Shown piece after piece: positions 24,041 to 37,148 of a DNA stretch of 64,000 nt (within the stretch, counting starts at the first letter, position 1; each line of letters starts with the position of its first letter). The translations under genes were made by a program, and so were the position numbers. The stretch comes from Blastocladiella emersonii ATCC 22665 (lineage: Eukaryota; Fungi; Blastocladiomycota), in NCBI GenBank assembly GCA_025594325.1, contig JANHCV010000005.1:1612001-1676000 (forward strand), in the 5' to 3' direction. The notes below the pieces were generated by a model, which was not told the origin of the DNA, ran no database searches, and worked only from the letters and a program-made list of their open reading frames with translations.

Positions 24041-25095
24041 ATGTCCACATCGATCCCGCAGACCCCGCGCAACGTCACCATGCAGCAGGCGCTGATTGTG
24101 CGTTGCGCATGCTATCTCGAAGCAGGACATACCCTGACGCGCCGCCACTGCCGCCTCGATCGTAGGCCGGCGCCGTGGCCGGCACCTCGGTCGACACGGT
24201 GCTGTTCCCGCTCGACACGATCAAGACGCGGCTGCAGAGCCCCGACGGGTTCGCCAAGTCGGGCGGGTTCCGCGGCATCTTCAGCGGCCTGCTGCCCGCC
24301 GTCGTCGGGTCGGCGCCCGGAGGTACGGCGGACGGGTGTTGGGTGGCATGGGCGTGACTGATGTTCGGGTGGGATGTGTGTGTGTAGCGGCGGCGTTCTT
24401 TGTCACGTACGAGTACTGCAAGGCGTTCGCCAAGACGTGGGTGCCCGAGGAAAAGTACGCGCCCGCGGTGCACATGGCGTCGGCGTCCATGGGCGAAATC
24501 GTACGTCCTCCGCGCGTCTTCAGGTCTCAAACCATGCCAACTCACACCCGCCCGCGTCATCTAGTCCGCGTGCGTGATCCGCGTCCCGACCGAGGTCCTG
24601 AAACAGCGTCTGCAGGCGGGCCACTACGCGTCGACGTGGACGGCCATCACCTCCATCATCCGCGCCGACGGGTTTCTCGGGTTCTACCGCGGGTACCTGT
24701 CGACGGTGATGCGCGAGATTCCGTTCACGTGCGTGCAGTTCCCGCTGTACGAGTACTTCAAGTCGTACGCGGCGTACCGCAAGCGGCAGGCCGCGCCGGA
24801 CCTGCTGGACGCGGCGTTCTGCGGGTCCGTGAGCGGCGGGATCGCGGCGGCCGTCACGACGCCGCTCGATGTGATCAAGACCCGCGTGATGCTGGCCACG
24901 CGCAAGGGCGGCGATGCGAGCCACTATGTGGGCATGACGAGCACGTTCAAGCAGATCGTGCGCGAGGAGGGCGTCAAGGCGCTGTTCCGCGGGATCGGCC
25001 CGCGCACGCTGTGGATCTCGGCTGGCGGGTTCATCTTCCTCGGCGCGTACGAGAAGACCAAGCGGTATCTTCTCGAGTCGTCCACGCTCGAGTAG
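24041..25095 (+). CDS. PET8: Mitochondrial S-adenosylmethionine carrier (SLC25A26/Pet8-like), 285 aa
   Basis: Exons 24041-24097, 24166-24322, 24388-24500, 24565-25095, all in frame. Three PX[DE]XX[KR] motifs ([30 protein letters not shown]). The short loop [15 protein letters not shown] is characteristic of SAM carriers. Confidence 0.88.
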
Positions 25096-25130
25096 TTTCA
25101 GTCGCCATTCCCTCATACATAGACCTCATA

Positions 25131-26196
25131 CTATTTACCCCCTCCTCCCAAGAACAACACCACGAGCTCCGCGACCCATGCGACCGCGACGCCCACGACG
25201 CGCACCCACGTCCCGGCCCACCACGCGCCCGTCGGCGTGCCCGCCGGCACCGCAGCGGCCGTCCCCGGCCCGAGCGCGAGCCACCGCGCGATGCGCGACT
25301 CGCCGTCCCACGCCGTGTGCGCGGGCGACCACGGGAGCGACACGTCGACGTCGTCGGCGAGCGGGAACGCGAGCGTGTTGCCGAGCACGGCCAGGGTCCA
25401 GAAGACGAGCGAGACGAGTTTTGCGGGCCGAATCGGTGTTGCCGCGGCGGGTCCGATCCCAGCGGGCGCGACGGTGAGGGATGAGGACGAGGTAGAAAAC
25501 CGCTGCCGCTTGGCCCAGACAGGGACCGCACGCGTGACGAGGGTGACGGTGAACAGCGCGTCGAGCGCGACGACGTGCCCGCGCGCGATCGGCGCGCACA
25601 CGGCGAGCGCTAGCGGCCACGTCGATGCGGGCGAGGAGAGGAGCAGGAGTTCCATTACGCACATGCCTATACTGCGCTTCGGTGAGCTTCACGCGAGTCT
25701 CTGGCATAGCGGAGCGCGTACCGAGCACAACAGGCGGCGCAAGCCGCCCGACCATCTTCCCCGCCCTTGCGACACCCTTGACGAGCGCCCTTGCGCGGCG
25801 CGACGACGCGTCCCCTTCCTCTTCTCCTCCCGAACCGCGAAACCGTGACCACCCCGACGGCGGCGGCGCATCGCCCGCCAAGATCGCGAGCGCCGCCGCG
25901 CGCGACACGCGGCGGTACGCGCGGCCGCGGGACCCGGGGACCGGCATGTACACGGCGTCGGGGTCGTCGATGCGCGGTGGAAGACCCGTTGTTTCCTCAT
26001 TTTCGGGTAGAGCGTCAGCGTCGTCAGCGGTAGAGGCATCGTGGCCGTTGCCGGGCGCGCCGAGGTCCAGCTGCGCGGAGGAGACGGCGGTGCGTGCGCC
26101 GATCCAGGTCAGGGAGGTTGTAGGGGAGGAGCCGCTGGCGAGCGCGATGACGGCGCGCGGGGGCGGGCGAGCGCTGGCGGTGGTGGTGGGTTGCAT
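25131..26196 (-). CDS. Hypothetical membrane protein
   Basis: Probable exons 26196-25722 and 25609-25131 (GTACGC..CTAG, phase 1). GC3-rich frame with hydrophobic segments (APPVVLALAVCAP, LVSLVFWTLAVLG, VRVVGVAVAWVAELVVLFL). No family recognised; the splice model is uncertain. Confidence 0.5.
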
Positions 26197-26404
26197 TCTA
26201 ACTAGGTCTAGCTTCGTCTAGCGTTCCATGGGTTGGTTGTTGGGGAGAGAGGAAGCGGTCCGCGGACGCGCGAAGCGACGCGTCGCGTTGTCGCGAGACA
26301 CGAAACGTGACCGCGTCAACTTGAGTCTTCGAGACATTCATTGAGTAGAAGGGTAGTGTAATGACATGTGGATCAGCTAAAACTGGCATCTCTCTCAATC
26401 TCAA

Positions 26405-27986
26405 CTACTCGCGGCCCCCTTGCGCCGCGTCCCTGGACATGCTCCTGGTCCATGGCCGGCGCGGGGTCGCCGGTGCCACCGGTTCCGCCACTGCGGTCGC
26501 GGTCGCCTTGGATCGGCTCTTGGGCCGCGCAGCGGATGCCGCCGATTTGGGCCGCGCCGCATGAGAAACCGACGCGCGGCGCGGCGATGAAGCGGGCACG
26601 ACGCGCGTCGCGGCGGGGATCTTGATGACCTCCTCCATGCGCTGCTTGGCGAGCGACTCGACGATGCTGAGGACGAAGAAGGCGAGCATGAGGGTGATGA
26701 CGCCGTTCCAGACGATCCCGACGATCCCCGCGCCACCCGCGCCCGCATGTGCGTCGGGGTCCGCGTCCGTGACCGTGCCGGGGGTGCGGAGGTACCGGCG
26801 GGTCTGCTCGTTCAGGAACCGCTGGGTGGGCGCGTGGAGCGCGGGGACCCACGTGTCGAGGATCTGGAGGAGCGCGGCCTGGCCGCCGTTCGAGAACAGG
26901 ACGGCGACGAAGACGGCCTGCAGCGACGTCTTGATGACAGCCTTCCCGATGAGCGTCGCCCCAAAGAAGGTGCGGAACGGGATGCCGACGGTGCCGCAGA
27001 TGATCCCCGCGAGATCGAACAGCGGGTTCGGGATCGACGCGCACGCCAGGATGCCCCAGAACCCGAACCGCTTCATGCCGTGCATGACCTGCACCTTGGC
27101 CCACTCGACCCACGTCATTTCGGCGGAACGCTTGCCCAGCAGCGCGTCCACCTCGCCCAGCTCCGCGTGCCGGTTGCCCGACTCGGCGGCCGCTTTCGCG
27201 ACAAAGTACGGCGGCAGCTCGCCGAGCGCGGTGCCCAGGCCCCAGAAGAAGGCGTCCCACTGGACCTTGCGGGCGACGTCGACGAGAGAGATTCCCGAAC
27301 TCCCAGAAAGAGGGGTGCACGAGGGCGGGTCCCACGTCATGGTGTCAAAGTCGAGGTGGCCGCACGTGTAGGCGGCGGCCGTGACCTGGGCAATGTGCGG
27401 GCCGAGGAACAGCAGGAACGTGTGCAGGCCCGTGCCGAGGCCGACCGACGACAGCACGCCCAGCAGCACCCAGTACCCGTACCACTGCAGGATGCGGGAC
27501 GCAGCCTGCATGTACTACAGACGCGGCCGATCATGTCAGCCAGCGGGACGACCCGATCGAGCGAGCGGGTAGACGTACAGGCTGGTGCGCGCCATCAACA
27601 AGACTCGCAGCGAAGACAGCGAGCATCGCCGCTAGCACCCGCAGCGCGCGGCCGCGGTGCGTGACGACGACGGCGCGCACGGACCGGCGCAGCGCGGCCG
27701 CGACAAACCCGAGGAAAAAGCGCAGCACCAGCACCGGCTGCCGGTAGATGGACACGCTCGCAATGTCGAGCTCCTCGTCGACGGCCACGGGGCTGACCGA
27801 GTCGCCGCGCGACACGACGGAGGCGACGGCGGCCGCCGTCATGGCGCGCTTGGTCGGCGAGCGCGACCGCGACACGGATGCGGGCGCGGCGGGCGCGGCA
27901 AAGTCGTCGCTGCTGCCCACGTCGGCCGAGGCGGTCGACGACGCGCGCGAGCGCTTGGAGGGGGAGCGGCCGCGGCGTGGCGGCAT
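26405..27986 (-). CDS. VMP1: Vacuole membrane protein 1 (VMP1/TMEM49, DedA/VTT family), ~505 aa
   Basis: Exons 27986-27579 and 27514-26405. Hallmarks YWVLLGVLSSVGLGTGLHTFLLFLGPHIA, WGLGTALGELPPYF and ASIPNPLFDLAGIICG. Confidence 0.93.
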
Positions 27987-28241
27987 TTCAGAGTGTAGTA
28001 GCGTGTTGTTGATACGTTTGCGGTGCAGCGAATTTGGGGAGAAGTGGGCGTTTGCGGCACAGCAACACCGAATGGGGCGATCGCGGCGGGCGACAAAAGA
28101 GAGCGACACGAAACGCCCGCCCCACGCACATGTCTCCGCCCGGTCGCGTGACATCACCGCGGGGCGCGTCGCGTCGCTTTTGACGTGGCACCGAGGTGCG
28201 AGACACTTTTACCAAAAGCTGCCTGCCATGTATATCACGCA

Positions 28242-31200
28242 TCAACCTAGCTCAGCACTCGAATCCCCCTCCGCCAGATCGCTCGGGTGGCTCTGCACCC
28301 TTGCCGCCCTGGACGCGACCGCGGGGCGTACGTTCGTGATGCTCCCGCCGCCGATCCGGTCGGCCGACCCGCGCATGCTGCGCCCCGCCGCCGTTGTCGT
28401 GGTCGAGCTGCTGGCGCCGCCAGTACTCGCGCTGCCGTTCCCGCGCATCCGGCCCCCCGCCGACGTGAGCGGCGTGATCGCGGACCCGAGCCACCCGACA
28501 CCGTGCCCTCGTCTCCCGAGCCGCGCGGCGGGTGGTGGTGGCGGTTCGTTGGCCGTCACCGTCGACGAGACATCTGAGGCGGACGCCGAGACAGACGACT
28601 CGTCGTCGGTCGACGACCGTGTCGCGAGCGAGGCCGCGCACGGCGTCGCGACGCTCGCCAGCAACGAGCCCCACATGGCGTGCTCGCGCTCGCTCGGCAG
28701 CTGCACCGTCCACGCGTGGCCCTGCAGCATCAGCTCGATGCACAGGGCGCACCCCGGCGGCGCAATGTCGAACACGGCGTCCGTCAGCTGGATCGCGACG
28801 CCGAGCTGGACGTCGCCCGTCGCGCCGCGGCGGAAGATGGTCATGGTTTCTACACTCGGATCACGGTTCAGTTGGAGTTTTGGAGTAAGCGCGCCCAAGT
28901 CACGTACTCTCCTCGACATCGAGCGACACGCGGCAGCTCTTCCACGTCGAGAACATGCGCCCGCCGCGCTTGAGCGGGTAGTACCCGTGCGCCTGCATCA
29001 CCGCGCCCGACGTCGGGTGCCGGACCAGCCGCACCTCGACTTTCGGCTCGTGCGCGCCTGCCCCCGCCCCCGCTCCCGCCCCCGCACCGACATCGAGCGC
29101 GCTCCCGCCGACCTCGGCCGACGCGCGCACCTTGAGCCGGCGCACATCACCCCCTCCAGCTTGCTTGGTGTCAACCGTCATGGCGCTCATCGACACGAGC
29201 TGGTTGCGGATCGGCGCCGGCGTCGATTGCCGGTACGCGAGCACGACGAACCGGCCGACGAGCGCTGTGAAGACAAAGGCCGTGGCGAGGAGCACCGCGG
29301 TCCACCGGATCAGCGTCGTGGTCAGCACCGACTCGCCGAACGAGAACGTCTGGAACGAGACGGAGAGGATCGAGACGAGCAGGATCTGCTGCGCCGAGTA
29401 CAGCAGGTAGCTCGACTCGCGGTAGGATGAGGAGACGTTGCGGGTCTACATTCCCCAAAATGTTAGTCGCGCGCGGTGAGTGAACAACCAGGGAACGGAC
29501 CTTGTACGCAAGGTACATCAAGCACAGCAGGAGCGCGAGCGTGTACGCGGCCGTGATCGCGCTCATGACCGTATCAATGGTCCCCGACGTCCCGCCGCAC
29601 ACCGAGTAGTACCACGACGGTCCCTTGACCACCGTGACGACCGTCGGGCTGAGCGAGTACCATACGAGGAACACGAACGCCTGGATCGCGACGACCACCG
29701 TGACCGCTCGCACCAGCGCGCTGTTCTTGACCACCTTCCGGACGAGCGCCTGGTTGTCGAAGATAGTATAGATGCGGTACGCCTTGGCGATCGAGCACCC
29801 GAGGACGACGTCGAGTCCGAGGACGTACGTCGCGAGCGACGCCACACACGTCTCGTTGGTGACGGGCAGGAGCAGGTCCACGAACGCGCTGGCGGCGATC
29901 AGGTGGCACCCCGCCGAGATGAACAGCAGGAACGGCACGCTCATCATCTTGATGACCGACAGGTGCCGGTGTCCGAAAATGTACGCCGACGCGGCGAACA
30001 TACCCGCGAGGATCAGCGCGGCCAGCGCCGTGACCCCGACCACGCCGGCGTTCTGCAGCGACGGGTCGAGCGAGACGCGTACGGGGAGGTCCGACGGCTT
30101 CACCGCGGTCCCGGCAAAGAACCGCGGCGGGTTGCGGTACACGAGCGAGTTATTCGCGAGCACCTCGAACGCGACGCGCGCCGTCCCGTTGTAGATGTTG
30201 TACACAAGGTAGTCGGACAGCCGGTTCCCGCGGGCGTCGTACGCGACGCGGCCCGAGATCCCGTCGAACGGCGCGAGAAAGTCGCCCAGCGTCGCGCCCG
30301 TGTAGTTGCGCGACAGCACGCTCGCCGCGCCGTACTTTTCGGCGAGCCGGAGCAGGCCGCGCGCGGCCGCCGTCACGCAGTCGTAGAAGAGCGTCGTGAA
30401 GGACGGGATGACGTGGCCCGGGTACACGGACGTCCATCGCTGCAGGAACCGCGCGTACGGGTCGTTGTCGCCCACGTCGCGCGCGAAGACGTAGAAGAGG
30501 CCGTTCAGCCGCAGGTAGTCGGAGGGTTCGGGGAACAGGTCGAGGAAGATGGCCGCGCCGTCGGACGCGATCTACGCGGTGGGGCGGACGATGAGTGTTT
30601 CGGGCAACGCAAAGCGGTTCGAGTGATGCATACCCAGACCCAATCAGGCCCGACGATCCCTGCTGCCCTGTCAGCCTCGCGTCAGTGTCTCGTCGTCGGT
30701 GGGTGAGTGCAGCTGTGCGGGGGGACGACGTACTTGGCTTCGCGAAATATGAGCTTCATCTCCTGCGCGGCGCCCGCGCCGGCAAACACGATGATCCGTG
30801 AGCCGGCATTCTGAATCATCTTGACCTGCGTCGTCACGTCCGTGACGCCCGGGTCGTACATGGCCGTGGCGGTGATGGTGAGCCCGAGCTGTGCGGAGGC
30901 CGTGACGAACTCGGCGATCACTACACGGCCACCGTCGCGGTCAATCCGGGGGTTCGTGGTGGATAGCAACGAACGTACCGCTGGCGCCGTACGAGTCGGT
31001 GCAGTGGAACACGACGACCTGCGACCATCCCATCTTGGCGACGAACAGCGCCATGATGCGGCCCTGCGACGAGTCGGAGCTCAGCGTGCGGAAAAAGTAC
31101 GGGTGGTCGGTCTTGTCGCTCAGCGTGTCGGAGGTCGCCGACCCGGAACACATCCACGCCTTGTACCGCCGGCCCGCGAGGTCCGCGGGCACCGTGAAGC

Positions 31201-31692
31201 GCGAAAAGTAGCTACGGGAGCGCTGTCAGAGACCTAGTCCAGCCCGCAGGAGTGTAGCGTAGCGTACTATCCAACAACCGCGTGCGCGCCATAATCCAGC
31301 ACCGCGCTGTGCAGTGCGTCGACAGACCCGCCGATCGTGTCGGTGCTCGGGAGCAGCGTCACGCTAAAGTTGTGCCTCCGCTGCGGGTCGAGCGCGTTGA
31401 GATCGCCCAGCCCGAGCATGATTGCGTCGCCAATCGGGTTCACGGACGCGACCAGCTCGGTCACGTTGAACGGCAGGTTGACCGAGATGTTGAAGGTCGC
31501 GGCGGTCGCGCTCAGAGTGCATATTGCAAGCAGCAAGAGCAAGGTGGCGGCCCAGCATCGTGGCGGGCAGCGGCGGCGGGGCGGGTGCCATGGTGGAGCC
31601 CGCGCACAGCTGCCGCGCAAGGACCGTGGTGGGGGATGGTCTCTGTGTGTTGGCGGGTCCATTGCATGAAGCTCCATGGCGATGCTGATCAT
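28242..31692 (-). CDS. Class C (glutamate/GABA-B-like) GPCR: Venus-flytrap domain + 7tm_3 + C-terminal PH-like domain, ~1030 aa
   Basis: Seven exons (31692-31268, 31211-30979, 30920-30734, 30667-30634, 30571-29501, 29445-28908, 28849-28242) total 3096 nt in frame; start codon uncertain. VFT motifs SGSATSDTLSDKTDHPYFFRT, GPDWVWIASDG and FDGISGRVAYDARGNR. 7TM motifs IAKAYRIYTIF and LAYKTRNVSSSYRESSYL. Confidence 0.85.
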
Positions 31693-32116
31693 GGGCGAGG
31701 AAGGAGAGGGTAGGATCAAGTCCCCTCTAGGTTCGTGCACTCGTTTCCGTTTGCGACCGAGCAGGTGACACGGGAGACACCCGGGGCGCGTCTCGCCTCG
31801 CTCCGCGCGTCGTCGTCCGGCGGTCAGCAATCCCGAAAACCGATCAGCGCCGGGCGTCGGAAAACGCGATGCAATCTTGCTTGGGCATGAGGCGGGTATC
31901 GAGAAACCGATTGCTCGAGGCCGGGAGCCATCCGCGGCCGCGAGTGAGGGGAGGCGGGACGGGATGCGAGACGCGACGCGTCCCGTTTCAGGTCCACGCG
32001 GCGTCGCACGTGTCAAGTACGCGCGCGTCTCTGCCTCGACGCGGCTCGCCGATCCCTCTCGCGCTCTCTAGTTGTTCTCTCGCAGACGACCACCCCATGA
32101 AGCACTAGCAGCAACG

Positions 32117-35100
32117 ATGCCTGGACTCGACAGCGAGGAGATATCCAACGTGAGCAACCCTCACCCGCGCCCTTCCCCTGACCCCTACTCACCACCCCCT
32201 CGCTCATCCTCACAGATCCTGTTCTTGCTCAAGCGGCAGTACTACCAGTCGGCGATCGGGCGGTGCGACCACCTGCTCAAGCTGCACCATGCGTCGTCGT
32301 CGGCCGCCGCGGGTGCGCAGCGCCGGCCGTCGCTCGCGGGCGGGAGGCAGCCGACTGCCCAACCGCAACAGCAACCTCAAGTCCCGCCGGGCACGATCCC
32401 GCCGGCGGACCCCGAGACGGGGATGCACTACGGGTTCTGGCGCGGCGCGGGGCTGATTCTGCTCGGTACGCGTCCACCCCGCTCGACCCCGCGACACTCG
32501 CCCTAACACAATCCTCGCACCGCGTCGTCCAGGCAAGTACAACGAAGCCATCCGCGAGCTGGTCCTGCTGGCCGAAAAACCGTCGCTCGGCCTCGCCGTG
32601 ACCACGGCGCTGCTGTACGCGCACAAGAAGTGCGCCTCGCGCGACGCCGACGCGATCGCGAACCTCGAGGCGTACCTGGCGGTCGCCGAGCAGACCACGA
32701 CGGTCGCGGACGTGACCTACTTCAGCCTCGTCACCTTCCTCGCCGCCACGGGCGACCTCGCCGAGGCCCACCGCTGGCTCAACGTCGCGTTCGCGCGGTA
32801 CCCCGGGGATACGTCGCCGTGGATCGAGATGGCCGCCGGGTGGGTGTACCTCATGTCGCCGCCCGCGGCGGGTGACGCGCGGTCGGTTTCCGGGAATGGG
32901 ATCGGGTCGGATACCACGACGCCCGGCGGGTCGCGCGGCCGCGTCGGCGGCGGGAGCAACGACTCAATGGACTCGACGGGCTCCGGGCCCGCCGCGTACC
33001 TCGCCCAAAACCCCGCCGCCACCGCCGTCTCGACCGACACCCCCTTCGACGCGCTCCTGTCTCGCTTCCCGAAAGACGTCGGCGTGCTGACCGGCCGCCT
33101 CCTCGGCCTCATCCACGCGGGCCGTGCAGCGGACGCAACGAACGCCGTCGTCGCGCAGCTCCTCGGCGTGCGCCCGCGGCACACCGCCGCGCTGCTCGCG
33201 GGCCTCCTCGACGGCGCCCTCGCCGCGGGCGACTGGGACCGCGTCGGCGAGGCGTGTCACCGGATTCTCGGGGTGGAGCGGCCGTCGACGGCTGCGACGA
33301 CGGTCACGACGCGAACCAACGCTGGCGGCGGCGCTGGGGGAACCGGCGGCGGGGTCCCGACCATGGAAGCTTTCCTGCTGCAGTTCCTGACCGCCGTGCT
33401 CCGGGACGGCGACACGTCGCGCGCAGCGCAGTCCGCGGCCTCACTCACCGCGGCCCTGCGGCGCGAGGAGGGCGACAACCCAACCATCGCCGCGCGCGTG
33501 CTACATATGCTGGGCCGCCTGCCCGCGTCCGCAACCGCCTTGCTCCCGCCCGCCGTGACGCGCGACTGGCTCGCGGTCGCGGAACGCATGTCCGCCGCCG
33601 TGCCCAACGACCCCGACACTTTGTGCGTGCACGCGCGCCTCGCCGTGCGCATGGGCCACTGGGCGCGCGCGCGGCAGCTGTACGCGCAGGCGACGTCGGC
33701 GGATGCGAGCCATGTGCGTGCGCTCGAGGGGACCGCGGGCGTCGAGCTCGCCGTGCTGGACGGGCGTGCGCCGGGTGACGCCGGTGGGGATGAAGCGGCG
33801 CGGTGGACGGCGCTGAGCCGCGACGTCCAGCTGCTCGCGACCGTAGCCGCCGGGTCCCCCGCGACCGAGTACCTGCAGGCGGAGCTCGCGTGGCGCACCG
33901 CGCGCGATGCGGGTTTGCGCACTGCCCATTTACGGGCGGCCGTCGACGCAACGGTCGCGGGGCTCGCGACGGCCATCGGGCTCGAGTACCTGGAGCGCGC
34001 CGATTTGGGGTTACTCTCCGATATCGCGGCAGCCGCGCTCGAGCTGTGCCCCGCGCGCCCGCGCGTCCCGGCGCCGCCCGCCGTCGCCGTCCTGTGCATG
34101 GCCGCCGAGTGCGTCGCGCAGCTGTACCCGGTGTCCCCCGACGCGGCGGCGACGGCCGCGTGGGCGGCGTACCTCGACGGCGACGCCGAGCGCGCGAGGG
34201 AGACGGCGAAAGCCGCGGTCGAGGCGAGCCCGGGGCATTGGCCCGCGACGCAGGTCCTGGTGCGCCTGCGGCTCGCGTCGGCGGGGGTCGACGGGATGGG
34301 CGGGGCGACGACGGGTGGGAAGGCGTCCTCGCCGTGGGCCGCGGCCGCTGCGCTCGTCGGGATTTCGGCGAGTGCGGAAGCGGCGCCCGTCGGCGACGTC
34401 ATGTCCCTCCTCGACTCGGCGCTCGCGCTCAACCTCGAGCTAAGGCGGAGCGACGCGTTCCACGTGCTCCGCGCGCGCGTCCTGCGGGCCACGGGCGAAC
34501 CGGTGCCCCTCGCGGTTGCGGAACTTGACCAGGTTGCCGCACCGGACCGCCTCGCCCCGCTCGACGCGCTGACGTACTGGACCGAGCGCGTGCGCACAAC
34601 TCCCGCCGCCGATCTCCCCGGCGTCCTCGCGACGGCAAGACGCGCGCTCGCGCTGTTCCCACCGCTGCTCTCGGACCTGCACGTGTGCGAAGCGCAAGTC
34701 CGCGCCGCGAGCGACCCGTCCGCCGCCCTCTCCCTGCTCCGCGACGTGGCGTCCGCGGACCCGGGCCTGGCCTCGGCGTGCGTGCGCGCCATGGGCCCGA
34801 TCCTGGTGGACGCCCAGCGAGACGCGCGGGGCTACGTGCGCGAGTGCAGCGCACTCGTCGAGTCGCACCCGGGCTCGAAAGACGCGCACGTGCAGCTCGC
34901 GGCCGCGTTCCTCGCCGCGGGCGACGTCGACCGCGCCGTCGACACGCTCATGTCGGCGCTGTGCTACTTTCCCGACGCGGCGGATCTCGCGCGGGCGGTC
35001 GCGAACGTGCTGCTCGCGAACCACGAGTACGCGCGCGCGCTCGAGTACCTCCAGGACGCCGTCAGCCAGGCGCCGCCGGCGGGGCGCGCGGTGCATGCGG

Positions 35101-36812
35101 TCGCGCTCGCGAAGCTGCACTTCAAGCTCGGGCAGAGCAAGCGCGCGGTCGAGGTGCTGGAAGCTCTCCTGTGCGGCGACGAAGGCGAGCCCGCCGTCGC
35201 GTGGCCCGCGGCCGACGCCGAGGCCGACGCGTGGGAGCTCCTGGGCGACGCGCGCAAATCTTGCGACTCGCCCAACCTCGAGTCCGTCGCCGACGCGTGG
35301 CGGCGCGCAAGGGACAAGTCGCGCACGCCGTCGCGCCGCGCCGCCCTGTGCGTGAAGCTCGCGGGCGTCGCCGAGGTCCCGGCCGCCGTCGAGACGCTGC
35401 TCGAGCAGGCGCGGCAGCTCGACCCGGCGAGCACCGCGGCGGCGGTCGCGCTCGCCGAGCAGTACCTGCGGCAGGGCAAGGCGGATGCGGCGCGCGCGAT
35501 TGCGGGGGAGCTGGCGGCCGGGTTTCCGCGCGAGGAGAAGGTCGCGAGCCTTATGGCGGCGGTGCTCATCCACCAGCGCAAGTTTGACGAGGCGCTCGAG
35601 TACATGAAGCGCGTGCTGGACGGCGCGGGCGCGGCGGGGGTCGAGGCGGGGAAGAAGGAGGAAGGTGGGGATCTGATGAGCGGGCTCATTGCAGGGCTCA
35701 CGGGCAACAAGGCCGAGCCGACCAAGCCCGCAGCAGCACCCGCTCCCGCGGGCCCCGTCAAGCGCAACTACGAGGTGCTCGTGCAGGCGATCGACCTGAT
35801 GCACCGTCTGGGCCGGCTCGACGAGGCCAAGGTGTACCTGGACGTCGACGCCGCGACCGGCACCGCACACGCCGTCGGCTCCGCGGGCCGGTGGTACAGT
35901 CTCGGCCAGTACCACCAGTACCGCGGCGAGATCCGCGAGTCCGTGCGCGCGTACAAGCGGTGCCGCGCCGACGCCCGGTGGCGCGTGCGGGCGACGGAGC
36001 GGATCCTGGACCTGCTCCTGTTCCCGGACCTGCACGCGCTCGACCGGTCCGTCGACGGCGCGGTTTTGGGGGTCGCCGACCGCCTGATCCGGTCCCTCCC
36101 CGCGGGGCCCGACCGGTGCCTGTGGGAAGCGTACGCCAAGTTCGGGTCGCGCAAGAAGGCGGACATCGAGTCGGCGTTGGCGGGACTCCAGCGCGGGCGC
36201 GGCGGACGCAACGGGATCGCGTCCGACGACGTGGCGGGGCTCCTCGCGTGCGCGATCGCGCACCTCCTGCTGCAGGCGGACGGGAAAGCGAAAGCCGCGC
36301 TGAAACTGATCGCGAGCCGCGAGTGGGACCTCGCGCAGGCCGCGTGGCTCGAGGCGGGGTGGCTCCTCCTCGCGCAGCAGTACCTGGTTGCGGGCAAGGC
36401 CGACGCGGCCGACGCCCTCGTCCGGTCGTGCATGGAGGTCAACCCGCACGGCGGCGGCGCACGCGCGCACACGCTGTACGCGACGGTTGCGGAGCGCGCG
36501 GGCGACGCCGAGGGCGCGTGCAGACACTGGCACGCGGCGTGGACGGCCGCGGGCAAGTCGGACCCGCACGTCGCGGCACGGCTCGCGCTCGCGTACCTCC
36601 GCGCCGAGCGGCCGACGAGCGCGGTCCCCGCGGCGCTCCGCGCGCTCGAGCTGCTCGGGAAGCAGGCCGGGATGGAGGGAAGCGGCGCGGCGTTCGACCC
36701 AGTCGTGCACGTCCCGAGCGCGGCGGTGCCCGGCAGCCGGCCCGAGGCGTCGGTCCCCGTGCGGCTGCGGTCGGACGTGCTGGATAAGGCGCGGGCGGCG
36801 CTGCGGCCGTAG
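32117..36812 (+). CDS. IFT139: Intraflagellar transport protein IFT139 / TTC21B (TPR protein), ~1520 aa
   Basis: Exons 32117-32149, 32216-32465, 32533-36812. N-terminal FWRGAGLILLGKYNEAIREL..ALLYAHK, TPR arrays, and C-terminus DVLDKARAALRP match TTC21B as I recall it (DILDKARASLRP). Confidence 0.88.
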
Positions 36813-37148
36813 GCAAGTCTTGAGAATATACGGAAAGGGCGTTGCGCCACAGTGACGCGCGGGTGAGACACCGAGACGCGAGACGTGCATCCGCGCACGT
36901 GGGCGGCGCACCAACCAAGGGAATCGTTTTCACGCGGAGGGCAAGAGTCCCTGATCGCTTGGGCGGCCCCGAATTCCTCTCCCGCTCCCTCTCCCTCTCC
37001 AGCAACCCTCACCGACGTCAGCGTCAACTCTAACGCACCAACTTTTCAGGCCGCGACTCGGTGCAACGCCACACCCACCGCCACCCTGCTCTGCTCGTCC
37101 ATCGTCTACCATCGCGCGCTCCCTCCTGGCTCCACTCCAACCACCACC

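Noticed and set aside
34440-36914. Long antisense/overlapping ORFs (e.g. 34440-36914 -, 5171-6688 -, 50948-52891 -, 52857-54596 -, 27748-29430 +)
   Set aside because: They are shadows of GC3-rich sense genes, Arg/Ala/Gly-rich with no domain motifs; stop-poor antisense frames are expected at this GC content.
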